Assembly (NCBI GenBank): GCA_020026355.1
Contig: JAHHQP010000005.1
Coordinates: 2,919 to 66,918, forward strand
Origin: Bacteroidales bacterium
GTDB lineage: Bacteria; Bacteroidota; Bacteroidia; Bacteroidales; UBA932
DNA length: 64,000 bases
Direction: 5' to 3'
The notes under the pieces were generated by a model. The model had not been told where the DNA came from, made no database searches, and saw only the letters and a list, made by a program, of their open reading frames with translations. A program made the translations under genes and the position numbers. Below, one piece after another: positions 54,921-62,681 of this stretch (positions are counted from its first letter, which is position 1; every line of letters starts with the position of its first letter).

Positions 54921-55783
54921 CGGACTGCTTTGAGTCTGTAGCCTTTGGCTTTCAGCCCCTGGAGAACACCGCGTTCGCCAGGCAGGTGGCCAGCACCGAC
55001 GACGAACATGACCGGTCCTTCGGCCATCATTTCCGGCATCTTCGTGAGCCAGTCCGCATTGCGCTCATAGAGCAGCTTTTCCATATCCTCACCATCTTTT
55101 TCTTCCTGCATGGCTTTCAGGACTTCTTTCAGGTCCTGGTCCATGTAGGCTTCGGTGAGTTCTTCTGCATCTTCCATGCTCTCTTCTTCGTTATCCACGA
55201 GATAGAGCAGGTCTTCGGCCTGTTCCTCCAGCGGTGAGTTGAAGAGGATGTCGATCTGCTGCTTGACCGTTTCCAGAGAAGTGATCTGTTTGCCGGCCTT
55301 TTCTGCCTTGGTCTGGAGATAGGTGTCCAGCTGCTCGTTCGGGTTGTAGCCCTCCAGATGCTTCATGTACATGAACAGGACGATCTGCTGCATGATGGCG
55401 GCCGGTTTGAGGCTTTCCATCATTTTCAGATCCATACCGGTGAATTTCTTGAAACAGTCGTTGATCCGGACGTATTCTTCCTCCGTATAGAGGTCCGGCA
55501 GCTTCTGACCATTCGGCAGCATCATGGCCTGCTGCATCAGCAGCAAGGTCTCCGGGCCGTTCATTTCAGACATGACCAGTTCGCCGCAGACTCCGTCCAC
55601 CGCGCTGAAAGCGGCCGGGAAGCCTTTGATTTCATCCAGAATGGACAGTGGTGCCATGTGATGAGTGCCTAAGATGTAGGACGGCTCTTTCAGGCCGTTT
55701 CCGCTGATTTTCCATAGGATCTGCGCATCGGCAGAGGAGTAGGCCATCAGAATGATGGCTGCAAGTGAAAGTAATTTTTTCAT
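54917..55783 (-). CDS. TraB/GumN family protein
   Basis: Signal peptide MKKLLSLAAIILMAYSSADA, then ILWKISGNGLKEPSYILGTHHM...VVGAGHLPGERG. The track start at 55885 is an extension into the upstream gene. Confidence 0.75.
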   Translation of the reverse strand: MKKLLSLAAIILMAYSSADAQILWKISGNGLKEPSYILGTHHMAPLSILDEIKGFPAAFSAVDGVCGELVMSEMNGPETLLLMQQAMMLPNGQKLPDLYTEEEYVRINDCFKKFTGMDLKMMESLKPAAIMQQIVLFMYMKHLEGYNPNEQLDTYLQTKAEKAGKQITSLETVKQQIDILFNSPLEEQAEDLLYLVDNEEESMEDAEELTEAYMDQDLKEVLKAMQEEKDGEDMEKLLYERNADWLTKMPEMMAEGPVMFVVGAGHLPGERGVLQGLKAKGYRLKAVR

Positions 55784-55787
55784 AACT

Positions 55788-56699
55788 TTATTTTTTGTGT
55801 TCTGACTTCTTCTTTGCGGCAGCCCAGATGAGGTAGCCGAGAACAGCGATGAAGGCGCCGAGGATGATGACCATCTCGAGGACATGGTGCGTCGGGTCCA
55901 CCCAGATCTCGCTGAACATGTTCATGCGGCCGAGGATCTCCACAGGAGTCCAGAACACCATGACGGTCGCGATGGCCATGCGGATGTTCGCGCCCCAGGA
56001 CGGGAGACGGGTCTGTCTTTCGAACATGAAGAGGGAACCGATGAAGCAGCCGACTCCGACCAGGAGAGTCACAGGATGGTTCTCGCCGAGGAAGTTGTCA
56101 TCGTAGCAGAACATCAGGAGGATATACATCGCCCAGATGATCATCATGAATTCCATGAAGGTCACGATGGAGGTGTGGCGGGTCATCGGTCTGGCCGCGA
56201 TCTCTTCCTTCTTGCTGCCGAACAGATGCCGTTGGCACCAGTTCAAGAAGTTGCAGCCGTTCTTCGTGCTGAAGAGGTACATCAGCATGATCATCATCCA
56301 GAGGCCGAAAGTGGCCGGGAGGATGAGGTATTCCGGACGGGTGATGACTTCACCGGTCAATGGGTCCAGTTCCGGCTGTGTGCCGAAGCGGATGGCATAG
56401 TACTGGAAGAGGAACTCCACCCAGCCGGTCCAGAAGAGCAGGGCTCCGAAGAAGCCGAACAGGGTCTGCTTGGTATCTCCCTTCACGAAGACACCGATGA
56501 TCACGAGGATCATTCCGATGAATCCGAGGCTGAACGCCGCATAGTGCAGCGCTGTCTCGTTGAAGATATGCTCCATCATGATCATCAAGGCGTGGCCGAG
56601 CGGCATGGTCAGGAGCACCATGAAGAAGGAGGCGATGGCCTTCCACCAGTAGCGAGGCCTTCCGGCCTTTTTCTGAGTCAATTCAATATTCTTTTCCAT
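55788..56699 (-). CDS. Hypothetical polytopic membrane protein (about 8 TM helices)
   Basis: 303 aa and hydrophobic. No family recognised. It ends 4 nt before the TraB/GumN start. Confidence 0.6.
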   Translation of the reverse strand: MEKNIELTQKKAGRPRYWWKAIASFFMVLLTMPLGHALMIMMEHIFNETALHYAAFSLGFIGMILVIIGVFVKGDTKQTLFGFFGALLFWTGWVEFLFQYYAIRFGTQPELDPLTGEVITRPEYLILPATFGLWMMIMLMYLFSTKNGCNFLNWCQRHLFGSKKEEIAARPMTRHTSIVTFMEFMMIIWAMYILLMFCYDDNFLGENHPVTLLVGVGCFIGSLFMFERQTRLPSWGANIRMAIATVMVFWTPVEILGRMNMFSEIWVDPTHHVLEMVIILGAFIAVLGYLIWAAAKKKSEHKK

Positions 56700-56795
56700 T
56701 TGATCTAGTTTATTGTCAGTTCAAGGATAACCGCTGCAGGATCTGGGGCTTGAGGCCGCGCATGGCCTGCAGCGCAGTATAGAAGTTCATGATCG

Positions 56796-58829
56796 TCACG
56801 GCAGCAGATAGGCCAGCATGGTTCCGAGATAGTTGCCGACCGCGAAACCGATGACACCGATGGTCAGTCCCGGAATCAGGGTCTTCCTGTTTCGCATCGC
56901 AGCTGAAATCATGGGCACGAAGGCCGGGGAATTGATGTAGGCGACAGAAGTGATCACCATGGTGTCGGCATCGACTTTGAAGAGCTTGCCGAGAAGCGCG
57001 CTGATGAGGAGGGAACCGAAGACCGCCATGAAGACGAAGGTCGGCATCCAGTAGTCTGTCGTCAGCGATTCTTTCAGGCTGCTGAAATCTGCCATGGTCG
57101 CGATGACCAGACTGAAGATGTAGATGCAGTACAGGCCGATGTTGTAATGTTCTTTCCTGTTGTGGATGTTCTTGACATAGGACATCAGGATAGCGAAGGT
57201 CGTGATCAGGAGGAAGAAGATGGTCATGTTCAGCTGTCCGCCGCTCACCAGCAGCGTGATGCCGGCTGAAAGCGCGACAAGCCCGAGGGTCGTGCCTAAG
57301 AGGACCAGCGTGTTCTTCATGCCCTGTCTCGTGAAGATGGAGGAGAAACCTTGTTCCTCGAACTTGAGGTCTTCTTCCAGTTTCTTCTGTTCTTCCATTT
57401 CTTCCGGACTCAGCTGGTGCTTCTTTCCTTTCGGAACGAGCTGGCTGGTGTTCGGCAGCCATTTGCGGAAGAGCTTGAAACCGCCCAGCAGCAGGAAGAC
57501 CAGATAGGCCAGACAGATCACGATGTCGTAGGTCTGGATCAGAATGTAGGTCTGGTTGTCTGCCTGCAGGCTTTCCTTGATCGCCGCCATGTTGATGGTT
57601 CCGCCGGTGTAGACACCGGTCAGCATACCAGCCACCTTGTTGGCTTCATGGACATGGTCCTTGCAGAGGAAGTAACCGAGGACAACCGCGATGACGACGC
57701 CGGCCAGACCGGTGATCATGGCGGTGAAATGCCGGCCGATCTCCTTCTTGTTGAAGACGCAGCTGTACAGCATCAGTGGAATGGCCAACGGAACCATGGC
57801 CGTCGACAGGATGTTCTGCATGGCTGTGATTTCGTTCGGGAACAGACTGGCACCATTGATCTTGATGCTGCCCAGGAGCATTCCGACACCGTACAGAACC
57901 ATGATCGGACCGAGTTTACCCAGCCAGCTGTAGCGCTTGCAGAGGAAGATCGCAAGGGCAGGGGTGACCAGGAAGAACACGGTCAGGAGGAAATAGTTGA
58001 GGATGTCGATGAAGGTTACGCGATGGTTCTTCTTGATGACGTTCACCAGACCGGTCAGGGTGACATCCGTCGCATCGTCTTCGATGTAGATGCCTTTTCC
58101 AGCATTGATGATCTCTTTGAAATCCGGATCGTCCGCATTCTCTCCGGTACCGACGATATAGGTGAAGATATGGCCTTTCGCAGCTTTCTTCGCGGCTTTC
58201 TTCGCGGCATCGATCTCTTCACGGGTCATCTTTTCCCGATCCGTCAGGATGATGATGCCGTTCTTCACGGCACCGGTTTCCCATTTGATCCTGGAGGAAC
58301 ATTCTTCGATGGTACGAGCGATGCAGTTCCCATCTTCATTGGCTTTCGGAGGATTGCTGGTGATGAATTTCCGGACGGCGTCGAAGTCATCGGTCAAGGT
58401 GTTGATCATCGTCGCATTGCTGCTGGAGATCGCTCCGATCGTGACACGGGTGCTGCCCGGTGTGAAATCCTCCAGTTCCTTGAGAATCCGTATCCTGGCC
58501 TTGGCAACCGGTGAGTCGATCTTCTGGGATGAGGAATCGAAGGCGAGCATCAGCTGGATCTCTCTGGAATCATTCTGACGGCTGCTTTCGTCACTCTCGA
58601 CCGGAGAAGCGAAGCCGACGATCAGGATGGCGTAGACCAGACAGAAGATCGAACAGATGAACCATCCGTTGGTGATCGTGAATTTCGGGTTCAGGCGTTT
58701 CTTCGGGAATTCTTGCCCTTTCTTCTCGGCCTTCTTCTTCCGTTGCAGACGGATCAGGCCGTAGAGCAGTACGAAAATGGGAATAGCCCACAGTAGATGG
58801 AGATATTCCGGGTGTGAAAATGATAACAT
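56796..58829 (-). CDS. Fusion protein: BatA-like N-terminal anchor + VWA-like domain + DUF819-like polytopic membrane domain
   Basis: The N-terminus FSHPEYLHLLWAIPIFVLLY plus a TM helix resembles BatA_N. Residues ~100-270 are VWA-like with a degenerate MIDAS (LMLAFDSSSQ). The C-terminal ~400 aa are multi-TM (LGKLGPIMVLYGVGMLLGS...GGTINMAAI...) and DUF819-like. Assignment is from memory. Confidence 0.65.
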   Translation of the reverse strand: MLSFSHPEYLHLLWAIPIFVLLYGLIRLQRKKKAEKKGQEFPKKRLNPKFTITNGWFICSIFCLVYAILIVGFASPVESDESSRQNDSREIQLMLAFDSSSQKIDSPVAKARIRILKELEDFTPGSTRVTIGAISSSNATMINTLTDDFDAVRKFITSNPPKANEDGNCIARTIEECSSRIKWETGAVKNGIIILTDREKMTREEIDAAKKAAKKAAKGHIFTYIVGTGENADDPDFKEIINAGKGIYIEDDATDVTLTGLVNVIKKNHRVTFIDILNYFLLTVFFLVTPALAIFLCKRYSWLGKLGPIMVLYGVGMLLGSIKINGASLFPNEITAMQNILSTAMVPLAIPLMLYSCVFNKKEIGRHFTAMITGLAGVVIAVVLGYFLCKDHVHEANKVAGMLTGVYTGGTINMAAIKESLQADNQTYILIQTYDIVICLAYLVFLLLGGFKLFRKWLPNTSQLVPKGKKHQLSPEEMEEQKKLEEDLKFEEQGFSSIFTRQGMKNTLVLLGTTLGLVALSAGITLLVSGGQLNMTIFFLLITTFAILMSYVKNIHNRKEHYNIGLYCIYIFSLVIATMADFSSLKESLTTDYWMPTFVFMAVFGSLLISALLGKLFKVDADTMVITSVAYINSPAFVPMISAAMRNRKTLIPGLTIGVIGFAVGNYLGTMLAYLLP

Positions 58830-58923
58830 GATGTTATATTGGTTTAGAGTTTGTCACATTGATGTGAAATAAGTACGAAAGGTACGACTTTTTTCCGACA
58901 ATCATACTTCTCAAGGATATTCC

Positions 58924-58931
58924 TATCTTTG
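58924..58931 (+). promoter_or_regulatory. -7 promoter box TATCTTTG upstream of the NUDIX gene
   Basis: Exact TAnnTTTG 21 nt upstream of the ATG. Confidence 0.5.
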
Positions 58932-58951
58932 CAGTTTCAAGGAGAAAACTG

Positions 58952-59350
58952 ATGAAAACTATAGAAGTCGTTGCAGCCGTCATCATGGACGGAAACAAAG
59001 TGTTCGCTACCCAGCGGGGGTATGGCGAGTTCAAGGACGGGTGGGAATTCCCCGGTGGCAAGATGGAAAAAGGGGAAAGCCCGGAGGAGGCGCTCCGTCG
59101 GGAAATCCGGGAGGAACTGGCGACCGAAATCGCAGTCGGGGAACTGCTGGAGACCGTCCAGTACGATTATCCGGACTTCCATCTGACCCTCCATTGCTAC
59201 CGCTGTTCGGTCGTTTCCGGTCGCTTGACCTTGCTGGAGCACGAAGCGGCTCGCTGGCTCACGGCTGACCAGCTCCTTTCCGTCGATTGGCTGCCGGCGG
59301 ATCTGGATCTCGTCCGTCATCTCCAGCAGTCGCTGCAGTCCGAGTGCTAA
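58952..59350 (+). CDS. mutT: NUDIX hydrolase, MutT-type (deoxy)nucleoside triphosphate pyrophosphohydrolase
   Basis: NUDIX box GGKMEKGESPEEALRREIREELATEI; 132 aa. Confidence 0.8.
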   Translation: MKTIEVVAAVIMDGNKVFATQRGYGEFKDGWEFPGGKMEKGESPEEALRREIREELATEIAVGELLETVQYDYPDFHLTLHCYRCSVVSGRLTLLEHEAARWLTADQLLSVDWLPADLDLVRHLQQSLQSEC

Positions 59351-60069
59351 GGGAGCGCTTCGACTTTGGACACCCCGATGTTCCGGATCGCGATCTTGGT
59401 CGGCTGACCGGCATAGCTGATGGTAGAGACTCCGACACAGCTGCCGCTCAGGATGCCGTAGACCTGGACCTTGATCTGGGAAGAACCGGTCGCGTCGGTT
59501 TCCGCATTCTCGCAGGAGAGTCTGAACGCATCGATGGCAGAGACACCGGTCGCTGAGGCCTCAAGTCGGTCCGCGACTCCTTCCAAGATGATGCTGGAAG
59601 TGCCTGTCGCCTCAGCTTCGACCTTTCTGGCACGGAGATTCTTCAGGTCAATGGTAGAGACTCCTGTCGCGGAAACTTCTATTTCGTCGGCATAGATCGG
59701 TCCGTCGGAGACGATCTCGCAGTTTCCTGTCGCAGAAAATTCCTTCAGCTGACCGGGAGCGATCCGCAGGTGGATCGGCAGCGTCCTGACGATCCAGCCT
59801 CTCTTGATGGAGAAAGAAAGTTCTCCTTCATCCTCCTCGTGTTTCACGTATTTCAGAACAGCCTTGTCGGCTTCCAGGAGTGCCTTGCCTTCCGGAACCT
59901 TACTGTCCAGCAGGACCTTGTAGGTGCTCTGGACGGAAAGTGAATGGCAATCCGGCTGGAATGAGATTTCTTCTGTAGCGGTCACGCCTTCCGGCTGGAT
60001 GACCTGCCCGGGCTTGCAGGCCGTCAGGGCCAGCAGAGCGGTGGAAATGAGTAAAATGGTTGTCTTCAT
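59347..60069 (-). CDS. DUF2807 (head GIN domain) lipoprotein
   Basis: Lipobox LLALTAC. It has repeated SATGVS.ID / ATGTSSI / ATGSSQI beta-helix repeats. The start at 60069 is preferred over 60108. Confidence 0.75.
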   Translation of the reverse strand: MKTTILLISTALLALTACKPGQVIQPEGVTATEEISFQPDCHSLSVQSTYKVLLDSKVPEGKALLEADKAVLKYVKHEEDEGELSFSIKRGWIVRTLPIHLRIAPGQLKEFSATGNCEIVSDGPIYADEIEVSATGVSTIDLKNLRARKVEAEATGTSSIILEGVADRLEASATGVSAIDAFRLSCENAETDATGSSQIKVQVYGILSGSCVGVSTISYAGQPTKIAIRNIGVSKVEALP

Positions 60070-60192
60070 GGCTGTAAAGGTAAGTGATTGTTTTGAATTT
60101 CCGCACAAAAGTTACTCGTGCTCTTCATCTATTTCAATCAGCCCGAAGAATCTCAGGAAGAAAGGCAGTAGTTTTCCTGGGGTTCAGCGTAT

Positions 60193-60675
60193 CTATCGGC
60201 TGTCTTTCACCGTAATCTGGCAGGTCTGCCGATTTCCGGAACTATGGTTCTCGAGGAAGACTTTGTTGAGGATATAGTCGAGGCAGGCCAGCGTGTGTTC
60301 CCGTGCCTTGGGTTTCAGCTGACATTCCCAGATGACCACGACATTCCAGCCTAAGCGGTGCAGGGCCTGATAATCTTCCTCGTCCCGCTGCCTGTTGCGC
60401 GCGAACTTGGCGGTCCAGAACTCGACATTGGATTTCGGAATCGTGTGGTACCTGCATCCCTCGTGCGCATGCCAGAAACAGCCGTTGATGAAGATGACGG
60501 TCCTGTATTTCCGCAGCACCAGGTCCGGAGAGCCCGGGAGCTTCTTCTGGTTCAGCCGGTACCGGTAGCCCAGCCCGAACAGGTACTTCCGCACGATGAG
60601 TTCCGGCTTCGTGTTCTTGCCGCGAATCCTGGACATGCACCTGTGGCGCTGCTCCGGTGTCATCTTGTCTGCCAT
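60193..60675 (-). CDS. vsr: Very short patch repair endonuclease
   Basis: MADKMTPEQRHRCMSRIRGKNTKPE...PGSPDLVLRKYRTVIFINGCFWHAHEGC...EFW..K...N..RD...GW.VVVIWEC aligns by eye along its length with E. coli Vsr. The track's TTG start at 60723 is rejected. Confidence 0.85.
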   Translation of the reverse strand: MADKMTPEQRHRCMSRIRGKNTKPELIVRKYLFGLGYRYRLNQKKLPGSPDLVLRKYRTVIFINGCFWHAHEGCRYHTIPKSNVEFWTAKFARNRQRDEEDYQALHRLGWNVVVIWECQLKPKAREHTLACLDYILNKVFLENHSSGNRQTCQITVKDSR

Positions 60676-60725
60676 CTTCCTTGCTTTCCCCGCAAAGATA
60701 CCCCGTTCCCCCGAAACTGTCAAGG

Positions 60726-60780
60726 GGCTTAGGTCAATGATGTCGTCCTTATCCTCTTCAGGTTCGTTCCCATTGACCTG
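60726..60780. repeat. 15-nt element GGCTTAGGTCAATGA (copy 2), plus the inverted partner CATTGACCT forming a 9-bp inverted repeat around a 31-nt spacer
   Basis: AGGTCAATG (60731-60739) and CATTGACCT (60771-60779). This lies 4 nt downstream of the alkylation-repair gene stop, in the spacer before vsr. Confidence 0.7.
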
Positions 60781-60783
60781 ACA

Positions 60784-61557
60784 TTATAGTGCGGAAACGT
60801 TCTTGGTTCGGAAGGATTCCTTGGCTTTGCGGACATACAGCCGGATGATGACCGCCGGAAGAATGCCGGAGTTCGCAAACTTTCGGGTCTTTTCCGGGAA
60901 CTTGTAGAGCGCCGTAGCCAACAACCATGCGACGGCCATATTGACATAGTAGGGAACCGGGCCGAGAACCTGGCCATGCCCCGCTGAAGGAGTCTTGCTG
61001 AACTCGTACTCAGAGATGATCCGGTCATAGTTCAGGCGGCTGATCCGCTCGAAGACCGCATCGATATAGTCTTCCGTGAGGAAATGAGCCAGGGACATGA
61101 TCAGCGCGAATCTCACCTCGAATTCCTTCTCGGACTTGAAATAAGGTTGCAGGAACTCCCACGTCTCAGTCCTCTTCTTCTCGCACCACTTGGCATCCGA
61201 GCAGATGCTGTCGCACACCGCCCAGTTGTCTATCGCCGGGATGAAATCACGAAACTTGTCCAGTCGCTCTTCCAGGCTGCACGGTATCCTGTTGAGGAGC
61301 ATTCCCCAGATCATCTTCTCTTCGTAAAGAAGACCGCACCGTGCATCTTCAAGAAAATGCTTCCTGAATTCCGGAATCATCGCTTCATGTCGGCCCTCCT
61401 TGACGATCTTTTGCGCGAGCTTCTTCATTTCCGGGATATGGAGCCCCAGAACCTTTACTCCAGGAAGAGGATTGATGATCCTGATGTGGCCATGGCGGTA
61501 TCTCTCGTCGGCAAGAAAGCGTTCGGAGATATGTGGGGTCAATAATTCTTCAATCAT
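60784..61557 (-). CDS. DNA alkylation repair protein (AlkD-like HEAT-repeat family)
   Basis: 257 aa with LGLHIPEMKKLAQKI...IDNWAVCDSICSDAKW..., typical of the PF08713-type family. Confidence 0.8.
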   Translation of the reverse strand: MIEELLTPHISERFLADERYRHGHIRIINPLPGVKVLGLHIPEMKKLAQKIVKEGRHEAMIPEFRKHFLEDARCGLLYEEKMIWGMLLNRIPCSLEERLDKFRDFIPAIDNWAVCDSICSDAKWCEKKRTETWEFLQPYFKSEKEFEVRFALIMSLAHFLTEDYIDAVFERISRLNYDRIISEYEFSKTPSAGHGQVLGPVPYYVNMAVAWLLATALYKFPEKTRKFANSGILPAVIIRLYVRKAKESFRTKNVSAL

Positions 61558-61913
61558 ACTTCTTTACTTTTCAGTTCCGCCTGCATCTTCTTGGGGAGCT
61601 TCCGGACCACTTCTTCATAACTGTGCCGGATCAGTTTCCGCACAAGTTCATCGGGCAGCGAACCGCTCAGATCCAGCTGGATCCAATACTTCTTGTTGCA
61701 ATGCCAGGCCGGCTCGATCTCCATCCATTCCTCCTTCAGCTCCGCCGAATATTCCGGATCGCATTTGAGCGCATACCTGCCCTCCGGCCGGGTGCTGATC
61801 ATCGCGAAGATCTTCCCTTTGATCTTCCAGGTCATGACATTGTCGTCGAAAGGGAAGACCTGCTCGGCAAAGGGCAGGCTCTCGCAATAAGCTATGAAAG
61901 ATTCATGAGTCAT
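61554..61913 (-). CDS. MmcQ/YjbR family DNA-binding protein
   Basis: 119 aa with PFDDNVMTWKIKGKIFAMIS......LKCDPE...........PAWHCNKKYWIQL. It overlaps the downstream gene by 4 nt. Confidence 0.8.
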   Translation of the reverse strand: MTHESFIAYCESLPFAEQVFPFDDNVMTWKIKGKIFAMISTRPEGRYALKCDPEYSAELKEEWMEIEPAWHCNKKYWIQLDLSGSLPDELVRKLIRHSYEEVVRKLPKKMQAELKSKEV

Positions 61914-61915
61914 GG

Positions 61916-62500
61916 TTACCAGGTCTTTGCGATGGATAATCCTTCCTTAACTGCTTCCGCAATTTTCAGGTCAATGGTTTCAGGGGTGCTGTAGTCCATG
62001 TTCTGTGCTGAGATGACCGTCAGTTCGCCGAGCCCCCAAAGATGGCTGAGCGCCTTGAGGTAAGGCGTGGCCTGCTCGAGCGGAGAGCCCGTGCTGATGT
62101 TCATTCCTCGCGTGGTGATGTACAGCATCTTCTCGCACCTGCACAGCCCGACGCATTCCTTGTCCGTACTGGCGAAGGTGATGTTGAAGAGAGACATGTT
62201 CTCGAAGAAGACTTTGAGGATGCTCGGGAAGCTCATGTCCCAGAAAGGAGCCGCGATGACGATCCTGTCCGCCTCGGCGATTCTCCGGGCCATGGCGACC
62301 AGTTCATCCGGCACATAAAGCTCGATGTTGCGCTGATGAAGGATGTCCCGGTCCACCGGCTGGAAATCAGATTTGTCCAGATGGATGGTCTCGACTTCGT
62401 AGCGACTGGCCAATTCCTTCATGATCGGAGCGGCGATCCTCTGAGTGCGGGACTCCTCGCGCATGCAAGCATTGATATAGATCAGTTTCTTCATTGCCAT
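61916..62500 (-). CDS. Flavodoxin-fold NAD(P)H-dependent oxidoreductase (azoreductase/quinone reductase-like)
   Basis: 194 aa: KKLIYINACMREESRTQRIA...ADRIVIAAPFWDMSFPSILKVFFE. A -7 box TAACTTTG lies on the minus strand at 62519-62526. Confidence 0.75.
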   Translation of the reverse strand: MAMKKLIYINACMREESRTQRIAAPIMKELASRYEVETIHLDKSDFQPVDRDILHQRNIELYVPDELVAMARRIAEADRIVIAAPFWDMSFPSILKVFFENMSLFNITFASTDKECVGLCRCEKMLYITTRGMNISTGSPLEQATPYLKALSHLWGLGELTVISAQNMDYSTPETIDLKIAEAVKEGLSIAKTW

Positions 62501-62638
62501 AATGATTTCTTATCAGAGCAAAGTTAGCCAAAATGGGCAGAATTTCGCAGGAAGAATTTGTCTTTTTCTGCAAGTTTTGATTGCGGGGAAGGGAAAACTT
62601 GGAAGGGAAAATTATTCAATATCTTTAATAATAAAGTT

Positions 62639-62646
62639 TATCTTTG
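62639..62646 (+). promoter_or_regulatory. -7 promoter box TATCTTTG upstream of the PLD-helicase ORF
   Basis: Exact TAnnTTTG 36 nt upstream of the ATG at 62682. Confidence 0.5.
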
Positions 62647-62681
62647 TATACATCAAGGTTTTTTCAGGAAAGAACATAATT

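Noticed and set aside
57351-58514. 387-aa plus-strand ORF, and the 56716..57462 minus-strand alternative frame
   Set aside because: They overlap the BatA-like/DUF819 fusion gene, whose frame shows consistent TM-helix periodicity. The alternatives are Arg/His/Asp-rich low-complexity translations.
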